DNA from: Actinomycetota bacterium
Lineage (GTDB): Bacteria > Actinomycetota > JBBINU01
Direction of reading: 5' to 3'
NCBI GenBank assembly: GCA_037443725.1
Contig: JBBINU010000006.1
Coordinates: 73,748-137,747 of the forward strand
DNA: 64,000 nucleotides
Part shown: one piece after another, positions 60,968-64,000 of the stretch
Position numbering within the stretch: position 1 is the first letter of the stretch
How the letters are laid out: every line of letters starts with the position of its first letter
Notes under the pieces: model-generated
Database searches by the model: none
What the model saw: only the letters and a program-made list of their open reading frames with translations
What the model was told of the DNA's origin: nothing
Position numbers and translations under genes: made by a program

Positions 60968-60998
60968 AAAAAGGCCGACCCCCAAAAGGGGGCCGGCC
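60968..60998 (-). terminator. Intrinsic terminator in the 5' leader of the GT2 operon
   Basis: Minus strand GGCCGGCCCCC-UUUU-GGGGGUCGGCC followed by UUUUU. Confidence 0.82.
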
Positions 60999-61067
60999 GG
61001 TCTCGCCACTGGCTCCCCGGCAGGGCAAGGCGACCGTCTTGGCCCTGCGGTTCCTCGCCTCCGGCCC
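60995..61067 (-). ncRNA. c-di-GMP-II riboswitch aptamer
   Basis: Minus strand GGGCCGGAGGCGAGGAACCGCAGGGC-CAAGACGGUCGCCUU-GCCCUGCCGGGGAGCCAGUGGCGAGACCGGCC. It has a closing helix, kink-turn-like GA elements, the CAGGGC/GCCCUG stem and a pseudoknot GGUCGCC/GGCGAGACC. Confidence 0.8.
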
Positions 61068-61279
61068 GCGCGCCTCCTCTCCGAGCCGCGCGTACTCCCG
61101 TTATTAATTTTCCTCCGTCGGTCCCCGCCCCCTCCTGGGCGCCCGGTTTCCCTCAGCCCTCTTGACCGCCCGTGAGAGGAGGGCGACCTCGGTGGCCTCC
61201 ATACTTAACGACAACTCCCCCGCCAAGGCAACTCCGGAGCCTAAAGAAAGCCCCCTTTCCTCACGAAAAAGTACTTGAG

Positions 61280-62296
61280 ATGGCTAGCTCCCACAGGTTT
61301 CGGGTGAGGCCGGCGAATCCCATCACCCTGCTTGCCCCGGGTTACGTGGGGCTTAGCAAGGCCGAGAAGACGCGGCTGCTGAACCGCCTCCTCAAGGAAT
61401 TCCCCTTCAACCGCTCCTACGCGGCAAGGCGGCTCAGGGCTGCCTCCCTCGAGATCGTGCCCGCCAGCGGAAGGAAGAGGTACGGGGAAGAGCTGCTCGG
61501 GGTGCTTCGACTGGTCTGGGCTTCCCTGGGCTGGCCTTCGGGGAAGCTCCTCGCCCCCTTTATGACCGAGGCCATTCTGGCACTTGAGAGGTGTGGAGTC
61601 CTGAGGCTCGACGATAAGATGACGAGGACATTGACGGCGCTTTCCCCCGCCACCATCTCAAGGCTGCTTGGGGGCGAGGCACCCAAGGAAGCCTTGCTCA
61701 TCAGGAGGGCGGTGGCCCTCCTTCGGCTCTCTATCTCAGATGCCCCGCACTGCTCACCTGACGGACCGGGATGGGTGAGAATCGGGCTCCTCCAGACTAG
61801 GCCCCCGGCGGGGCTCCTCGTCCTCGAGGATGTTTGGTCGGGATGGGTGCGGCTGGAGGTGGTGGAGGATGGAGCGCCAGAGGCCAGCAGCTGGCTCGGT
61901 CCTGTTTTGAAACGAGGCCTTCTCGCGCTCCCCTTCTCCGTCCGGCAGATCCTCGCGGCGGGAACCCTGGGCGCCGCGGCCGAAGAGGCGCTGCGGGTGG
62001 CGAGGGCTAGAGGGGTGGCCCTTCGGGAGTGGGTCGGAGTGCGGTCCAGGCGCCCCCCCTCCCTGGAGCTCGCGGGCGAACTGGCCTCCTTCGCTCTCGC
62101 CCTGGAGAAGTTTGTGAACTTCTTCCACCCGGTTCTTAAGGGGCCCGGACGGGCGTCTACGCCCTACGCCCGGCTCATCTCCTGGGGCAAGAGCCACCGG
62201 TCCGAGGCCCTTCTCGCCGAATACCTCAGCATCAACCCTAGGGAACTGGTGGAGCTGCTCGTGAGGCTACTCCAGGCCAGGGGGGAGAGCGCCTAG
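61280..62296 (+). CDS. Transposase-derived protein (ISNCY/Rv3128c-like) lacking catalytic DDE residues
   Basis: Family-like motifs SKAEKTRLL, SGKLL, SPATISRLL, EDVWSGW, NFFHP and TPYARL are retained, but the catalytic acidic motifs are not recognisable. ORF uninterrupted. Confidence 0.65.
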   Translation: MASSHRFRVRPANPITLLAPGYVGLSKAEKTRLLNRLLKEFPFNRSYAARRLRAASLEIVPASGRKRYGEELLGVLRLVWASLGWPSGKLLAPFMTEAILALERCGVLRLDDKMTRTLTALSPATISRLLGGEAPKEALLIRRAVALLRLSISDAPHCSPDGPGWVRIGLLQTRPPAGLLVLEDVWSGWVRLEVVEDGAPEASSWLGPVLKRGLLALPFSVRQILAAGTLGAAAEEALRVARARGVALREWVGVRSRRPPSLELAGELASFALALEKFVNFFHPVLKGPGRASTPYARLISWGKSHRSEALLAEYLSINPRELVELLVRLLQARGESA

Positions 62297-64000
62297 CCCG
62301 TCCTCGGTCTACGCGCGCTGCTTTCTTCCGCCCCGACGCCTTCTGAGGAACGCGCCCCCCCCAGGGCAAGAGCCCCGAGTCCCACACCCGCCCCGGTAGC
62401 GGGAAGCTCCCTTCGCGCGGCGCCCGCTGCGGCTCCGGAGAACCCGCCGGAAGGAGCTGCCCTTCTCACGGGGAGCGCCGCGGAAATCCCGTCCAAGACC
62501 GTACTGGAGGCCAGATTGTTCGGACGGAGGTAGGGAAAGTCCACGTTCGAGACCTCGAGGAGCAGAGTGTGGTCGGCGGGAAAGACCCAGGAGTTCCCGA
62601 AGAGCTCGATCTCCACGTCGAAGGGGCCGGGGTTCCCGAGGTACTTGAGGGTCCCCCTGTCCACCAGGCGCGGCGTGCCGTCCGGGAAGAGATCCCAGAG
62701 TCTCACGTCGAACTGGGCATCGGTTCCCGCGAAGCTGCCCCGGAGTCTCACCCTCCCCTGCCCCAGATACCAGAGCCTCTCCTCTCCGGGGCCGAGCAGG
62801 TCCCTAACGGGCCTCTCGACCCTGGCCGAGCCGGGGGTGAGGGAACCCGCCTGGACGAGGCGGGGAGCGAGGGGTTCTAGCAGGGAGAGGCCTGCCTCCG
62901 CCGCGGCCGCCTGCACGATGGGGTCAGCGGCGAGCCCCCCAGGCTGGGCAGCCTGGTTCAGAAGGAGGAAGGGGCCGGAGGCCTCCAGCCTCACCTCCCC
63001 CTGGGCGAGAGCCCGCGGCCCTTCAGCCCTGACCAGGAGGGCCGGGTCGAAGACCTCGCCCGGAAGGGTCGTGGAAGTGACTACATCGAAGGAGGGGTGC
63101 GGCCCCTTCCCCTTGAGCCAGTAGTCGAACCAGGCGAGGAGCATCCCCTCGACCAGATCGAGCTCGGCCTTCTTGTTGGCCGCCCTGGGGTGCCCGATGT
63201 CCCCGAAGTAGAGCTTAATGGGGTAGTTGGGAACGGCCTCCTTCACCAGGCGGTACATCCTGAGGGCCTCGGTCACCGGGAAGAGATCGTCGGTCCAGCC
63301 CTGGACCTGGAAGACGGGAGTCCTCAAGGAGGGGTCATTCCTGATGGCCCGAAGCCACCCAGTTTGCCAGGCGGGAGAGCGGACCTCGGTAAGCTCTCTC
63401 GAGCCCTCCTCGAGAATCGGGTCCCGCACTCCTCCCGCCTCGTAGGGCTCCCCCGCCATAACCCTGGCGTAGAGCTCGGGAAGAAGGGGAATGTAATTAT
63501 CGTACGGGCGGTCGAGGTCGAGCCTCTTCCCGGTCGCGAAGAGACCCGTCACGTAGCTCAGCTTCATGGTCCCCAAGGGTGCCCTTGACTCTGCGGGCCA
63601 CCCGTTCGGAACCAGGGAGTAGAGGAGGTCCGTCCAGGGAACAATCGGCGCCACCGCCGCCACCCTCACCCGCCTGCCCTTCGCCGAGGTCCAGATGGGA
63701 CGGGTGGCTATGAGCCAGGAGTGTCCTCCACCGTAGGATGCACCGAAAACCCCAACTTTCTCAGGGAGGACCCGGAATCTCGGGTCGTCCACAACTGCCG
63801 AGACGAGTGCCTGGAGGTCTCTGATCTCCACCTCCACGCTGGCCAGGTTTGTCTGGCCCCAAGACTTTCCGAAGCCCCGCGCGGAGTAGCGAAGGACAGC
63901 GTAGCCCTTGGAGGTGAGGAAGTCGTCGCCGGGGTATCCGCTGGAGGGGGAGGGCTTCCCGTCGCCCTTGCTCCCTCCCCAGCCATGGACGAAGACGAGA
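62293..64000 (-). CDS. CocE/NonD (peptidase S15-like) alpha/beta hydrolase with C-terminal LPATG; 5' end beyond the window
   Basis: HGWGG, YSARGFG, GASYGGG nucleophile elbow, QGWTDDLF and GH; the frame stays open to the window edge. Confidence 0.82.
   Translation of the reverse strand, partial: LVFVHGWGGSKGDGKPSPSSGYPGDDFLTSKGYAVLRYSARGFGKSWGQTNLASVEVEIRDLQALVSAVVDDPRFRVLPEKVGVFGASYGGGHSWLIATRPIWTSAKGRRVRVAAVAPIVPWTDLLYSLVPNGWPAESRAPLGTMKLSYVTGLFATGKRLDLDRPYDNYIPLLPELYARVMAGEPYEAGGVRDPILEEGSRELTEVRSPAWQTGWLRAIRNDPSLRTPVFQVQGWTDDLFPVTEALRMYRLVKEAVPNYPIKLYFGDIGHPRAANKKAELDLVEGMLLAWFDYWLKGKGPHPSFDVVTSTTLPGEVFDPALLVRAEGPRALAQGEVRLEASGPFLLLNQAAQPGGLAADPIVQAAAAEAGLSLLEPLAPRLVQAGSLTPGSARVERPVRDLLGPGEERLWYLGQGRVRLRGSFAGTDAQFDVRLWDLFPDGTPRLVDRGTLKYLGNPGPFDVEIELFGNSWVFPADHTLLLEVSNVDFPYLRPNNLASSTVLDGISAALPVRRAAPSGGFSGAAAGAARRELPATGAGVGLGALALGGARSSEGVGAEESSARRPRTG

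Noticed and set aside
60946-60969. TTG start at 60969 for the GT2 gene
   Set aside because: It lies in the terminator U-tract, whereas GTG 60945 has a proper ribosome-binding site.
61172-62296. Active IS element
   Set aside because: No recognisable DDE motifs, terminal inverted repeats or target-site duplication.

Overview
This 64 kb high-GC chromosomal window looks actinobacterial, judged from gene content, synteny and leaderless TANNNT promoters (inference). About 45 kb is a respiratory supercluster. It holds a headless complex I operon (nuoABCDHIJK plus nuoL running off the left edge, no nuoEFG), a polyprenyl synthase, a complete 14-gene nuoA-N operon and futalosine-pathway menaquinone genes (mqnE, mqnA, mqnC, a deaminase, menG, a geranylgeranyl reductase, ubiD/mqnP/ubiX). 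It also holds system II cytochrome c biogenesis genes with orphan ccoO/ccoP-like cytochromes, and a b6f-type Rieske/cytochrome b operon led by a ferredoxin. Further right lie a small compositionally different insert (DUF1906-like hydrolase, Asp-box lipoprotein, shredded acyl-CoA dehydrogenase), a Leu/Val dehydrogenase with a 2-oxoacid oxidoreductase operon, an exopolysaccharide locus, a catalytically dead transposase-derived ORF and a partial CocE/NonD hydrolase. The top observation is a 30-residue module ([30 protein letters not shown], 24/30 identical, many synonymous codon differences). It is tethered by flexible linkers to the C-terminus of the headless complex I NuoI and to the N-terminus of Rieske/cytb subunit IV, 39 kb apart, and is a candidate docking or supercomplex tag. 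The second is a c-di-GMP-II riboswitch plus terminator in front of a GT2-wecB-LPxTG micropeptide-deacetylase operon. All calls come from motif recognition by eye; no database searches were run.
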